64,000 bases of DNA from Coprothermobacter platensis DSM 11748 (GCF_000378005.1 NZ_KB899040.1:189468-253467); one strand, 5' to 3'; shown: positions 18,870 through 28,039, numbered from the stretch's first letter. Numbers and translations are program-made. The notes: generated by a model from the letters alone, not told the origin.

Positions 18870-19238
18870 ATGACAAACTGGCAGGTGTTTTTCATCGCTT
18901 TTCCACTTTGGGTGTTTGCTGTAGGCATCATAGTATTCATGGTGCTAATATTAAGAGCTATTCAGAAGTATGGTGGCGAAATAAAAGATGCAGTGGGCGA
19001 TTTACAGCAGGATGTTAAAAAGATCACTAATAGCGCTGCAACGGAAGTACCTGAAATTCTCAGGAATGTTACGGAAACTACAGACCAACTAAAAAACATG
19101 ACTGGTGATTTGAAGCAGTTGACTGCTGTTTTGCCCTATGTGGTAAAGCCCAATTGGACAAATGTAGTCCTAAGAACGCTTCCTTCGGTTATATCTCTTG
19201 TGAGTAGGAATAAAGGCAAGGGAAAACAGGTAAAATAA
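18870..19238 (+). CDS. DUF948-like membrane protein (N-terminal TM helix plus coiled coil)
   Basis: 122 aa. TM helix WQVFFIAFPLWVFAVGIIVFMVLIL, then heptad-like EIKDAVGDLQQDVKKITNSAATEVPEILRNVTETTDQLKNMTGDLKQL. SD GAGGGGAGG lies 6 nt upstream. Confidence 0.5.
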   Translation: MTNWQVFFIAFPLWVFAVGIIVFMVLILRAIQKYGGEIKDAVGDLQQDVKKITNSAATEVPEILRNVTETTDQLKNMTGDLKQLTAVLPYVVKPNWTNVVLRTLPSVISLVSRNKGKGKQVK

Positions 19239-19259
19239 TGGAAAAGGGGGTGTCAAATA

Positions 19260-19487
19260 ATGTTGTTAAAAGGTAGTAATGAAGAAGGCGCCGTTTTAAG
19301 AAAGGGCGCGGCAGTTGGAATCGGTTCCTTCCTTGGTGGTATGCTCCTCGGTGGATTGATTGGAGCCTTGGTAGGCGGTACGTTGGTACATATTGCTCAT
19401 TTCAAGATGGAAAATGGATGCCCTTGGTGCGACGAAGACATGGAAGAGTCGTGTGAATGTGAAGAAGACGAAGAAGAGGAAAAATAG
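19260..19487 (+). CDS. Small glycine-zipper membrane protein with Cys-rich acidic C-terminal tail
   Basis: 75 aa. GxxxG zipper GIGSFLGGMLLGGLIGALVGG, then CPWCDEDMEESCECEEDEEEEK. SD AAGGGGG lies 8 nt upstream of the ATG. Confidence 0.45.
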   Translation: MLLKGSNEEGAVLRKGAAVGIGSFLGGMLLGGLIGALVGGTLVHIAHFKMENGCPWCDEDMEESCECEEDEEEEK

Positions 19488-19542
19488 CGTGAAGAGTAAC
19501 CATGTTTCTACCAAGAAGAAAGAACGAAAAGGAGGGAAAATT

Positions 19543-19812
19543 ATGGATGATATGCGTGATGTAATCAGAGTAGCAAGTGTGTTCGCGGCTGGCATTCTTA
19601 TAGGTGCCACCTGCGGTTTATTGATGGCGCCTATGTCCGGTGCAGAAATGCGTGGAGTAGTAAAGGAAAAAACATCTGATTTAAGAAAGAAAACTTTAGA
19701 GAAAGCTCAGGAGTTAAAGGATAAAGCTGCTGAGCTTACAAAAAAAGCCGAAGACATGATTAGTGAAGAAGCAATAGAAATTGAAGAAGATATGGAAGAT
19801 GAATCTAAATAA
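19543..19812 (+). CDS. YtxH-like (DUF948 family) stress protein
   Basis: VASVFAAGILIGATCGLLMAPMSGAEMRGVVKEKTSDLRKK followed by a charged coiled coil. ATG at 19543 follows AGGAGG. The track ORF start at 19393 is spurious because it overlaps the previous gene out of frame. Confidence 0.55.
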   Translation: MDDMRDVIRVASVFAAGILIGATCGLLMAPMSGAEMRGVVKEKTSDLRKKTLEKAQELKDKAAELTKKAEDMISEEAIEIEEDMEDESK

Positions 19813-19837
19813 TAAGAAACTTCCAGTAAGGGTTTAA

Positions 19838-19871
19838 AGAGAGGCGCCACCTCAATTGGTGGCGCCTCTCT
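19838..19871. terminator. Bidirectional intrinsic terminator between the ytxH-like gene (+) and dnaJ (-)
   Basis: Perfect 14-bp stem AGAGAGGCGCCACC / GGTGGCGCCTCTCT with loop TCAATT; T/A-rich flanks on both sides. Confidence 0.6.
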
Positions 19872-20984
19872 TTAATTAAAAAAGCCAAATTTCTTTTTGT
19901 TATTATCGTTTTCGTGTAACTTCTTTATTTCTTCCAAATACTTTCGCTCCTGTGGTGTAAGCTTGGACGGCATGTCCACTTTTATCGTTACATGCAAGTC
20001 GCCTCTATAACGACCATTCTTATCTGGTACCCCTTCATTTGCCAGTATGTACTCCTGATCTGGTTGAGTACCTGCCTCAAGTAATAGTTCTTTCTCTTCA
20101 CCAGTAGCGGTATTTACTTTTACTTTGCCGCCTAAAATGGCATGATAATAAGGCACATGCACTTCCGTATACAGATGTGTTCCTTTCCTGCGCCAGCCTT
20201 GAGGAATAAGTACTTTAATAGTCACATTTATGTCGCCGCTTACGCCATCTTTTACAGCATTCCCTTGCCCTTTGAGTGTGATTACGTCGTTGTTGTCCAC
20301 ACCTGGGGGAATTTGCAGACCAAGTGTTCGTTGTTTTCTTACAACGCCCGCACCACGGCAGGTGGGACATGTTTCTTCAGGAACTTTTCCCGTACCATGG
20401 CAAACAGGACATTCGGTTTGGCTCACGAACACCCCGAAGGGTGTCGTTTGCCTATTTTCTATAACTCCCGTGCCGTGACATCGGTCACAAGTTTTGACTC
20501 GTCCGTCTTTTGCTCCCGTTCCATGGCAATCTTCACACAATTCGGCTCTTGAAAATTGCAAGGACTTCGTAGTTCCTGTGATCACATCTTTTAGGGAAAG
20601 AGTTACTTCTAAGTTGATATCAGAACCTTTGGGTTTTGCTTGAGTTGCTGTATTCCTATTGAATATAGTGGAGCCGAATGGAAAATCGGTGAAGAAATCA
20701 CGGAAGATAGAGTCAAAGAAATCGAATCCTTGTCCAGGCCTGTAATAATCAGAACCAGAGCCGAAATTCACTCCGCCTTTTCTCATGGCGTCGTACTCTG
20801 CACGTTTTTTCGGGTCTGTGAGTACCTGATATGCTTCGTTGATTTCAGCCATACGCTTTGCTGCTTCTTCGTCACCCTTGTTCAAATCAGGGTGAAACTG
20901 TTTTACGAGTTCTCTATATTTTCTCTTTATATCATCAACCGAAGCATCCTCTGGCACGCCAAGAATTTCGTAATAATCCTTCAT
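19872..20984 (-). CDS. dnaJ: Molecular chaperone DnaJ
   Basis: J domain YYEILGV...HPD. Four CxxCxGxG zinc-finger repeats (CEDCHGTG, CDRCHGTG, CPVCHGTG, CPTCRGAG). C-terminal substrate-binding domain. Confidence 0.95.
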   Translation of the reverse strand: MKDYYEILGVPEDASVDDIKRKYRELVKQFHPDLNKGDEEAAKRMAEINEAYQVLTDPKKRAEYDAMRKGGVNFGSGSDYYRPGQGFDFFDSIFRDFFTDFPFGSTIFNRNTATQAKPKGSDINLEVTLSLKDVITGTTKSLQFSRAELCEDCHGTGAKDGRVKTCDRCHGTGVIENRQTTPFGVFVSQTECPVCHGTGKVPEETCPTCRGAGVVRKQRTLGLQIPPGVDNNDVITLKGQGNAVKDGVSGDINVTIKVLIPQGWRRKGTHLYTEVHVPYYHAILGGKVKVNTATGEEKELLLEAGTQPDQEYILANEGVPDKNGRYRGDLHVTIKVDMPSKLTPQERKYLEEIKKLHENDNNKKKFGFFN

Positions 20985-22807
20985 TAGTGGATATCTCCTT
21001 GAGGACCTTCTCCCTCTGTACCATCACCCGGGTTATTTGGACCAGGCTGTTGACCAGGGTTGCTCTGATATAAGTAAGAGCCTGCTTTTCCCATAGCAGT
21101 CAATACATCTTCCATTAATTGTTTTAGCTGATCCACAGGTTCATTATCGCGCAACGCTTTTTCCAAGTTATCTGTCTTTTCCGTTATCTCTTTTGTAATG
21201 TCCTCGGGGAGTTTCCCCTCATTCTCTTTTAAAAGTTTCCGTGCTTGAAAAACATAAGTGTCTGCTTGGTTGCGCGTTTCTATTTCGTCTTTTTTCTTCT
21301 TATCTTCCTCAGCATACATTTCTGCTTCTTTACGCATCCGTTCAATTTCATCTTCAGAAAGTCTTGTGCTGTTAGTAATTGTTATTTGTTGACTCTTCCC
21401 TGATGCCTTATCCTTTGCAGTGACGTTCAAAATACCGTTAGCATCGATGCTGAACGTTACTTCAATTTGTGGTATACCTCTAGGCGCTGGTGGTATGCCA
21501 TCTAGGACAAACTCTCCCAGGGACAGGTTGTCTTGAGCTAATGGCCTTTCACCTTGGAGTACATGTACCTGAACGCTGGTCTGGTAATCGGTTGCTGTAG
21601 TGAATATCTCAGATTTCGTCACCGGTACTGGTGTATTCCTTGGGATAAGAACGGTCATAATACCGCCTACTGTTTCTACACCGAGAGAAAGGGGCGTTAC
21701 ATCAACCAACACGATGTCTTTTACTGTGCCTTCGATGATGCCAGCCTGTATGGCAGCTCCCATTGCTACCGCTTCCATGGGGTCTATACCTCGTTCCACC
21801 GGTTTATTCATGAACTGCTCCACGAAATCTCTCACGATGGGCATTCTGGTAGGACCACCAATTAATATGATTTTGTCTATGTCATTGGGTGTGAGTTGCG
21901 CATCTTTTAACGCCTGCTCAATAGGAGTTGCTGTTTTCTCTACTATCGGCCTGACAAGCTGTTCCAGTTTTGCTCTGGTCACTTTCATCTGAAGGTGAAC
22001 AGGCTGTCCATCTTTCATGGCGATGAAGGGTAGGGAAATATCTGTTTCAAGAACAGAGGAAAGCTCGATTTTTGCTTTTTCTACAGCTTCATTCACCCTT
22101 ATCATTGCCATTCGATCGCTGCGTAAATCTATACCACTTTCTCTTTGGAATTCTTCCAAAACGTAATCCATAAGGACTTTATCCATATCACGACCACCAA
22201 GTTGAGTATCACCACTTGTGGAAACAACTTGGAACACGCCGTGTCCAAAATCCATTATGGTGACATCCAACGTACCGCCACCAAAATCGTAAACCATAAT
22301 TTTCATTTCTTGCTCAGCTTTATCAAGGCCGTATGCAAATGCTGCCGCTGTTGGTTCATTTATGAGCCTTACTACTTCCAGACCTGCTATAGCACCTGCA
22401 TCTTTGGTTGCTTGCCTCTGGGCATCGTTAAAATACGCTGGTACGGTAATTACCGCCTGACTCACTGGTTCACCAAGGAACGCTTCAGCATCTTTTTTGA
22501 TTTTTTGCAAAATAAACGCTGATATTTGTTCTGGTGTATATGTTTTTCCAAAACATTGTATCGTTTCTCGTGTTCCCATTTTTCTCTTTATACCAGTAAT
22601 AGTACCTTCTGGGTTCATAGCCGCTTGCCTTCGCGCGGGTTCGCCTACCAGTATTTGTCCGTCTTTGGTAAAAGCCACTACTGATGGCACTGTTTTGCCG
22701 TACATGGTAGTTCCTTCCGCAGATGGAATGATAGTAGGTTTTCCGCCCAGCATAACTGCGGCACATGAGTTCGATGTTCCCAAGTCTATACCTATGATCT
22801 TGGCCAT
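20984..22807 (-). CDS. dnaK: Molecular chaperone DnaK (Hsp70)
   Basis: [27 protein letters not shown] and the rest of the Hsp70 ATPase and substrate-binding domains. Stop overlaps the dnaJ ATG by 1 nt (TAATG). Confidence 0.95.
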   Translation of the reverse strand: MAKIIGIDLGTSNSCAAVMLGGKPTIIPSAEGTTMYGKTVPSVVAFTKDGQILVGEPARRQAAMNPEGTITGIKRKMGTRETIQCFGKTYTPEQISAFILQKIKKDAEAFLGEPVSQAVITVPAYFNDAQRQATKDAGAIAGLEVVRLINEPTAAAFAYGLDKAEQEMKIMVYDFGGGTLDVTIMDFGHGVFQVVSTSGDTQLGGRDMDKVLMDYVLEEFQRESGIDLRSDRMAMIRVNEAVEKAKIELSSVLETDISLPFIAMKDGQPVHLQMKVTRAKLEQLVRPIVEKTATPIEQALKDAQLTPNDIDKIILIGGPTRMPIVRDFVEQFMNKPVERGIDPMEAVAMGAAIQAGIIEGTVKDIVLVDVTPLSLGVETVGGIMTVLIPRNTPVPVTKSEIFTTATDYQTSVQVHVLQGERPLAQDNLSLGEFVLDGIPPAPRGIPQIEVTFSIDANGILNVTAKDKASGKSQQITITNSTRLSEDEIERMRKEAEMYAEEDKKKKDEIETRNQADTYVFQARKLLKENEGKLPEDITKEITEKTDNLEKALRDNEPVDQLKQLMEDVLTAMGKAGSYLYQSNPGQQPGPNNPGDGTEGEGPQGDIH

Positions 22808-23047
22808 AATTGCACCTCCTGCATCTACTTAGTCCCTTTTCTTCTTTCTTATTTACCAACATGGGCTCTGTTTTATACATAATGAAAGTAAATACTAATG
22901 TGCTTAACATTTATTTAAGAATAAAATTCGGCTGTTCACGGTATTATACATAACGAAGAACGGAAGACATGATCTTCCAAAAGTAAGCCTCCCTGTGAGA
23001 TGCTTACCCCTGGCATCTCACCCACCTCCTTTCCTCACCACACCTAC

Positions 23048-23079
23048 AAAGGGCGGTTACCCCCACCGCCCTTTTTTTA
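23048..23079 (+). terminator. Rho-independent terminator oriented for plus-strand transcription
   Basis: GGGCGGT / ACCGCCC stem with a C-rich loop followed by TTTTTTT. On the minus strand the same hairpin is followed only by a weak UUUGU. Confidence 0.55.
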
Positions 23080-23089
23080 TTGATACGAT

Positions 23090-24268
23090 TTATATTTTGT
23101 TAAGAGCAATTTCTCCGTTGACCATGACCATTTGAGGTTTGCCATCGACACTCAATGGGTCTCCATCCCACAGTACTAAATCCGCATCTTTGCCAGCATC
23201 TATGGAGCCGATTCTGTTATCGAGGCCCAATATTCTTGCAGCATTTATTGTTATGGCCTTTATACCTTCTTCGTAGGGTAAACCATATTTTACTGCAAGG
23301 CTTACAGCTAAAGGTAAGAACTGTATGGGAATAACCGGATGATCTGTCATAATAGCGAATAGTACTCCATGCTGGTACAACACAGCAGGTGTTTCAAAAC
23401 TCTTGTTCATGAGTTCTACTTTACTTCTGTTTGTAAGATTGGGTCCCACGATACAGGGGAATTTTGACTCTGCTATCTGTTCTGGTATTAGGTGGCCTTC
23501 TGTACAATGATCAATGGTGATATTGATATCGAATTCTTTAGCAATTCTTATAGCTGTAAGTATGTCGTCTGCACGGTGTGCATGGATCTTCATCGGTATT
23601 TCCTTACGGAGGACCATACAGATGTGTTCCATCCCTAAGTCGTAATCTGGTTGCTTATCAGGTTCGGAAGCATAACGTTCTTTCTTTTCCATATAGGTTC
23701 GTGCTTTTATTAGCGCTTGTCTCATAAGGGATGCAGTGGCCATACGGGTTACAGGTGATTTTCTCATGTCTCTATAAACGCGCTTTGGGTTTTCTCCAGT
23801 AGCTGCTTTAAGTGCGACGGGGTCTTTTATGACCATTTTATCTATGGTGTCACCAAAAGTTTTATAAACACATGCTGTCCCACCTATGACATTGGCTGAA
23901 CCAGGTGCTGCGCAAACAGTAGTGATACCACCCTCTAATGCATCTCTTACACCCTGTTCACGTGGGTTTATTCCATCAATGGCTCTTAAATAGGGTGTGA
24001 CGGGTTCAACCCACTCATTATAATCTTCGCCTTCCCACCCGATGCCTTCTTCAGAAATGCCTACATGTGTATGAGCATCGACGAAACCAGGCATCAGTAG
24101 TAGTCCTTTGGCATCAACAATGTGAGCGCCGTCACTTTGAATAGGTCCGGCGGAAACTTGCACGATCTTGCCGTTCTCGACTAAAACGCTTCCGTTTTCA
24201 ATGACGCCGTGGGAAACAGTGTAAACCTTTGCATTGGTAATGATTACTTTCACAATTACACCTCCCAA
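23090..24268 (-). CDS. Amidohydrolase-family metal-dependent hydrolase
   Basis: 392 aa with N-terminal beta-sandwich (KVYTVSHGVIENGSVLVENGKIV), metal ligands PGFVDAHTHV, HAH and HCTEG, and C-terminal GSIDAGKDADLVLWD. Confidence 0.8.
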   Translation of the reverse strand: MGGVIVKVIITNAKVYTVSHGVIENGSVLVENGKIVQVSAGPIQSDGAHIVDAKGLLLMPGFVDAHTHVGISEEGIGWEGEDYNEWVEPVTPYLRAIDGINPREQGVRDALEGGITTVCAAPGSANVIGGTACVYKTFGDTIDKMVIKDPVALKAATGENPKRVYRDMRKSPVTRMATASLMRQALIKARTYMEKKERYASEPDKQPDYDLGMEHICMVLRKEIPMKIHAHRADDILTAIRIAKEFDINITIDHCTEGHLIPEQIAESKFPCIVGPNLTNRSKVELMNKSFETPAVLYQHGVLFAIMTDHPVIPIQFLPLAVSLAVKYGLPYEEGIKAITINAARILGLDNRIGSIDAGKDADLVLWDGDPLSVDGKPQMVMVNGEIALNKI

Positions 24269-24296
24269 AAAGTATTTACATCTTAAATATTAGCAT

Positions 24297-25406
24297 TCAG
24301 AACAATATAAAGATGATGGGAAATATGCTTACTACAGTAACTGCCATAATGAGTTTGTTGTATAGGGCTCCTGCTTTTGCTTGGAAGTAGTCTCTGGACA
24401 GAATTAGACATAAATGTGTTGGACTTGCCATGACGCCTGCAAAAGCAAAAACAAATGCTAAATTCAGCATGGCTACGCGATTGGAAGGTGTGGTTAGCCC
24501 CATGAGTAGAGGCAAAGCTGTACCTACTCCAGCTTGAGTAAGACCAGTTATTAATGATATGGCAAAGGGGAGAACAATAAAGAATATTATGTTAGGAAGG
24601 TGCATGGCTGCCAAACTGGATGCAACTGCTTTATCTCCGCCTGTAGCAGTGAGGACGGCAGCGAAGAAATAGACAGCCGGAATAACTGCTAACATTTTCC
24701 ATTTTAATGCTTCCTTCGTAAGACTAATCATAGATGGTAGGTGCTTGTACTGACGCAGGTAAATGAACAGACATGCTAAAAGAATTGCTGTAGGAACGGT
24801 AAAATCAGATTTTATAAGAACCCCAGCGACGATTACAGCCAGTAATGGTCCCAAATCCAAAAGAATTTCTATCCAATTCGGTTTTTGAAATCTTATTGAT
24901 GGCATAGAAAAACCAAATACTAATAACCAGCCAATGACAATCATGATTATGGGTATATACCAATTCAGTTGCGCCATGGAGCCAGGGCTAATCCCTATTA
25001 GCATTGCTGCCATGAGTGTACCAGGGTAAACAGGCAGTATGGGTTCCCATATATGCCTGAACCAAAAGTTTATAAAGGCTTTTTCTTGATCTGGTACATT
25101 GGAATGAGCAAGAGTTTCTGCCACCAATGGTGCAGAAAAACGTGCGCCTCCCGGTGATGGCAATAGACCCATTACCGCAGGCATAACAGCGCTTGTTAAT
25201 CTATAATCTCCTAAAAGTTTTATGAAGTTTTGGGTGAGTCTTGTTAATGCACCACTTCTCCGCAAGAAGACTTCATATAGTGACATGAGATAGAGTGTGA
25301 GCAAGACGGCAATAGTTTTTTCTGCCAATAAACTTCCGAAGAATTGTTGCACAATTTGTGCAAAAGATAGGTGTCCCACAATTCCCAAAAAAACCGATGC
25401 AATCAA
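24297..25406 (-). CDS. DUF401-like polytopic membrane protein (putative permease); 5' end probably lies upstream at 25486 with a frameshift at a T6 run
   Basis: 369 aa with at least 10 TM helices and a TTG start in the track ORF. An in-frame-shifted 27-codon ORF sits just upstream, driven by a perfect leaderless promoter; see findings. Confidence 0.55.
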   Translation of the reverse strand: MIASVFLGIVGHLSFAQIVQQFFGSLLAEKTIAVLLTLYLMSLYEVFLRRSGALTRLTQNFIKLLGDYRLTSAVMPAVMGLLPSPGGARFSAPLVAETLAHSNVPDQEKAFINFWFRHIWEPILPVYPGTLMAAMLIGISPGSMAQLNWYIPIIMIVIGWLLVFGFSMPSIRFQKPNWIEILLDLGPLLAVIVAGVLIKSDFTVPTAILLACLFIYLRQYKHLPSMISLTKEALKWKMLAVIPAVYFFAAVLTATGGDKAVASSLAAMHLPNIIFFIVLPFAISLITGLTQAGVGTALPLLMGLTTPSNRVAMLNLAFVFAFAGVMASPTHLCLILSRDYFQAKAGALYNKLIMAVTVVSIFPIIFILF

Positions 25407-25492
25407 AAAAGCAGATACAAATCAAGTTTATCCAATAAAATTACGATGGCACCAAAAATGATCAGAAGCCACCATGTCAGATTCATCGTTCA

Positions 25493-25521
25493 ATTATAAA
25501 ATAATAATTACGTATTAACAA
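25493..25521 (-). promoter_or_regulatory. Consensus sigma-70 promoter (TTGTTA, 17 nt spacer, TATAAT) on the minus strand giving a leaderless transcript at the ATG 25486-25484
   Basis: Minus-strand sequence cTTGTTAatacgtaattattatttTATAATtgaacgATG. The -10 hexamer ends 6 nt before the ATG. Confidence 0.5.
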
Positions 25522-25536
25522 GAGCTTACCTAAATG

Positions 25537-25902
25537 TTAAGTATTAGGTGATCCAGGTGGCCTCTTAGATGTTTTGGTTTTTTCTATTTCTTCGAGGTGC
25601 AAACGCCTATTATAACAAGCGGTGGCAAAGCGTTCAAGAATGGCAGGGAAGTCGCTATCATCAAGAAGTTCCTTTAATTGCCCAGTTTTTAACTCTTGTG
25701 GTATTACATAGTAGGGTGGAGACGTAGGTTCGAATTTTATCTGCAGTGTAGGTTTTAACGTTATATCGGGCAATATCTTTTTCAAAAATTTTTGTGCTGT
25801 TTGGGAAAAAACATCTCCAACTTCTACCACTGTTTCTGTTTTTGCAAGTTTTTCTCTGAATTCAGCAGAAAGTTCTTTTTCGAACTGCACGTAGGACTTC
25901 AT
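25537..25902 (-). CDS. Hypothetical protein (121 aa, soluble)
   Basis: ORF with good SD (AAAGGGGTG, then 6 nt, then the ATG at 25902). No family recognised by eye. Confidence 0.4.
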   Translation of the reverse strand: MKSYVQFEKELSAEFREKLAKTETVVEVGDVFSQTAQKFLKKILPDITLKPTLQIKFEPTSPPYYVIPQELKTGQLKELLDDSDFPAILERFATACYNRRLHLEEIEKTKTSKRPPGSPNT

Positions 25903-25992
25903 TTGATCACCCCTTTTGTGCATGATTAAACATATAATACCAAGAAATGGCCATGCTTATAAATCGTTTGGAATCGGGTAAAATAAAGACGG

Positions 25993-26607
25993 ATGGAAGA
26001 AAGAACAAATCTAAGACAAACATTGGCTCAGACCATTTCTGATATTGGCAATCCTATGATCTGGGGGACGTTCTTGTTCGTTCTCCTTATGTGGGTAAAA
26101 GGGCTTGCTCTGGAACATATTCTTCTCGCTTTGGCGATATTTTTTGCCACTGTTGGTCTTGTTTCTGCTGTAACCTTTGCCATTGCTCGCAATCGGCAAT
26201 TCATTCGGACAAAGGATTTGGTAGAGAGAGAGATTCGTTCACTGCCTTATGTCGCTTCTATGTTGGCTTATTTCTTGGCTGCGGCTATCTTTGGCAGACA
26301 AAACTGGGCGCCTAAATGGATCATTTTTATCACGTCGTCTATGGGTGTTGGTTTAGGCATATGTGGTGTAATAAATGCATTTTGGAAGATTTCTTTCCAT
26401 ACGTTTGCATCTTCCGCCATGGCAACGATGTTCTTCATGGTCAGTGCAAATTGGTGGAGTTTGATTTTCTTCGCGATTAGCTTAATCATAGGATGGTCTC
26501 GTGTAAAGATAAATGTTCACACACCTAAACAAGTAGGTGCGGGTTTCTTGCTTGGCATCGTGGTGCCGTTAATTACTAAGATGACATTTTTAGGAGGATA
26601 TTTGTAG
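25993..26607 (+). CDS. PAP2-like membrane phosphatase family protein (tentative)
   Basis: 204 aa with about five TM helices. Possible PAP2 motif 2 (SFHT) and motif 3 (SRVKINVHTPKQV, matching SRx5Hx3[D/Q]). Confidence 0.4.
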   Translation: MEERTNLRQTLAQTISDIGNPMIWGTFLFVLLMWVKGLALEHILLALAIFFATVGLVSAVTFAIARNRQFIRTKDLVEREIRSLPYVASMLAYFLAAAIFGRQNWAPKWIIFITSSMGVGLGICGVINAFWKISFHTFASSAMATMFFMVSANWWSLIFFAISLIIGWSRVKINVHTPKQVGAGFLLGIVVPLITKMTFLGGYL

Positions 26608-27122
26608 TGGAAATCAGAGTTATTCCTGATGAAATATTGCGTATGAAAACAAAGAAGATGAAGGATATCAGTGAGGCAGACAAGAAATTGTTTGAAGATA
26701 TGTTCACACTGATGAAAGAAAATGAGGTCGAAGGAGTAGGTTTGGCAGCCCCTCAAGTCGGTGTGCCACGTCGTTTCGTCGTCATAGAGTTGGACGATTT
26801 TAGAGAAGTTTTGATCAATCCACAATGGGAGCCTATGGGGAAAGAAAAGGATGAAGATATAGAGGGTTGCTTATCAGTACCAGGCGTTTACGGACCCGTG
26901 GAGCGTTTCAAAAAAATAAGGGTATCGTTTACTGATGCGTTGGGAGAAAAGCGGACGCTGAAATTAGATGGGTTGTTAGCGCGTGTTGTCCAACATGAAA
27001 CAGATCATCTGGATGGTATTCTTTTCATCGATAAAATAACCGATTGGGATAGAATAGAAGTGCTTCCACTGGCGCTTCGTTATCCTGGAGTAGTGGACCT
27101 TTTGAAGGAACACGAAAAATGA
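26607..27122 (+). CDS. def: Peptide deformylase
   Basis: Motifs GVGLAAPQVG, EGCLSVPG and QHETDHLDG. Confidence 0.95.
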   Translation: MEIRVIPDEILRMKTKKMKDISEADKKLFEDMFTLMKENEVEGVGLAAPQVGVPRRFVVIELDDFREVLINPQWEPMGKEKDEDIEGCLSVPGVYGPVERFKKIRVSFTDALGEKRTLKLDGLLARVVQHETDHLDGILFIDKITDWDRIEVLPLALRYPGVVDLLKEHEK

Positions 27123-28039
27123 AAATTGCTTTTTTCTCTTCTGGTTCTTTTGGCCTCCCCATTTTGGAGCACCTTGTAAATGACGGCCATGATGTAACGT
27201 TGATCACGAAGAGTGATACTGTAGCTGGTAGAGGCTTGCATATCAAAGCTTGTCCACCTGCTTCTCTTGCTGAACAGCTCTGTGTACCAACGTACAAGGT
27301 AAATACGCTCAAAGGTGACTTTATCGAATGGTATAAAATGCAGGATTTCTACTTGTCTGTAGTTGTAGACTTCGGTTTCTTCATCCCAAAGAGCATTTTT
27401 TCTTTAGAGAGGCCAATCATGGTGAATATCCATCCTTCTCTTCTTCCTAAATATCGTGGTCCTAACCCCATTCGAAGAGCGCTCTGGAATGGTGACTCTG
27501 TGACTGGTGTTTCTTTGATAAAGGTTGCATCTAAGATGGATGAAGGTGACATCTACCTACAAGAACGCTTAAACATTGAACCTGAAGATGATTTCCTCTC
27601 TTTAACGAACAAACTGCAAAAATTATCTATGAAGCTTCTCGACCAGTTTATTAGCAAAATACAATTTGAGATCCCTTCTAGTGTGCCGCAAAGTGGTGAG
27701 GCTTCTTATGCCCCTAAATTTGACGCTGATGAAGAATGGATAAATTGGCACCGTTCTGCCTCGGCTATTTCAAATCAGGTAAGAGCTTTAGCTGATGTGG
27801 GTGCAAAGACTACTTATGATGGGAAGTTAATGAAGGTTTACCAAGCACGTGAAAATGCAGTGCCATTAGATAAAGTCCTTATCCCTGGGCACTTCCTTGT
27901 GTATGGCAAACAACTTTTTGTAGGCACTGGTAATGGTGTTCTTGAAATACTCTCTTTACAGTTAGAAGGTAGAAAAAAGCAGGAAACTTCATCATTTGTG
28001 GTAGGAATTAGACAAAAAGAAGGCGTTTTTGGTGATTAA
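27119..28039 (+). CDS. fmt: Methionyl-tRNA formyltransferase
   Basis: MKIAFFSSGSFGLPILEHL, NIHPSLLPKYRGPNPIRRALWNGD and the C-terminal Fmt domain. Overlaps def by 4 nt. Confidence 0.9.
   Translation: MKIAFFSSGSFGLPILEHLVNDGHDVTLITKSDTVAGRGLHIKACPPASLAEQLCVPTYKVNTLKGDFIEWYKMQDFYLSVVVDFGFFIPKSIFSLERPIMVNIHPSLLPKYRGPNPIRRALWNGDSVTGVSLIKVASKMDEGDIYLQERLNIEPEDDFLSLTNKLQKLSMKLLDQFISKIQFEIPSSVPQSGEASYAPKFDADEEWINWHRSASAISNQVRALADVGAKTTYDGKLMKVYQARENAVPLDKVLIPGHFLVYGKQLFVGTGNGVLEILSLQLEGRKKQETSSFVVGIRQKEGVFGD

Noticed and set aside
18740-19018. 92-aa ORF (MRLGSSNSISLPGGG...) spanning the GC-rich leader and the 5' end of the DUF948 gene
   Set aside because: It lies in the GC-rich RNA region and overlaps a well-supported gene out of frame. 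It has no RBS, and its composition is driven by the GC content of the RNA.
19393-19542. N-terminal 50 codons of the track ORF 19393-19812 (MLISRWKMDALGATKTWKSRVNVKKTKKRKN...)
   Set aside because: This segment overlaps the glycine-zipper gene in another frame. The conserved YtxH-like sequence begins at the ATG at 19543, which has a consensus AGGAGG RBS.
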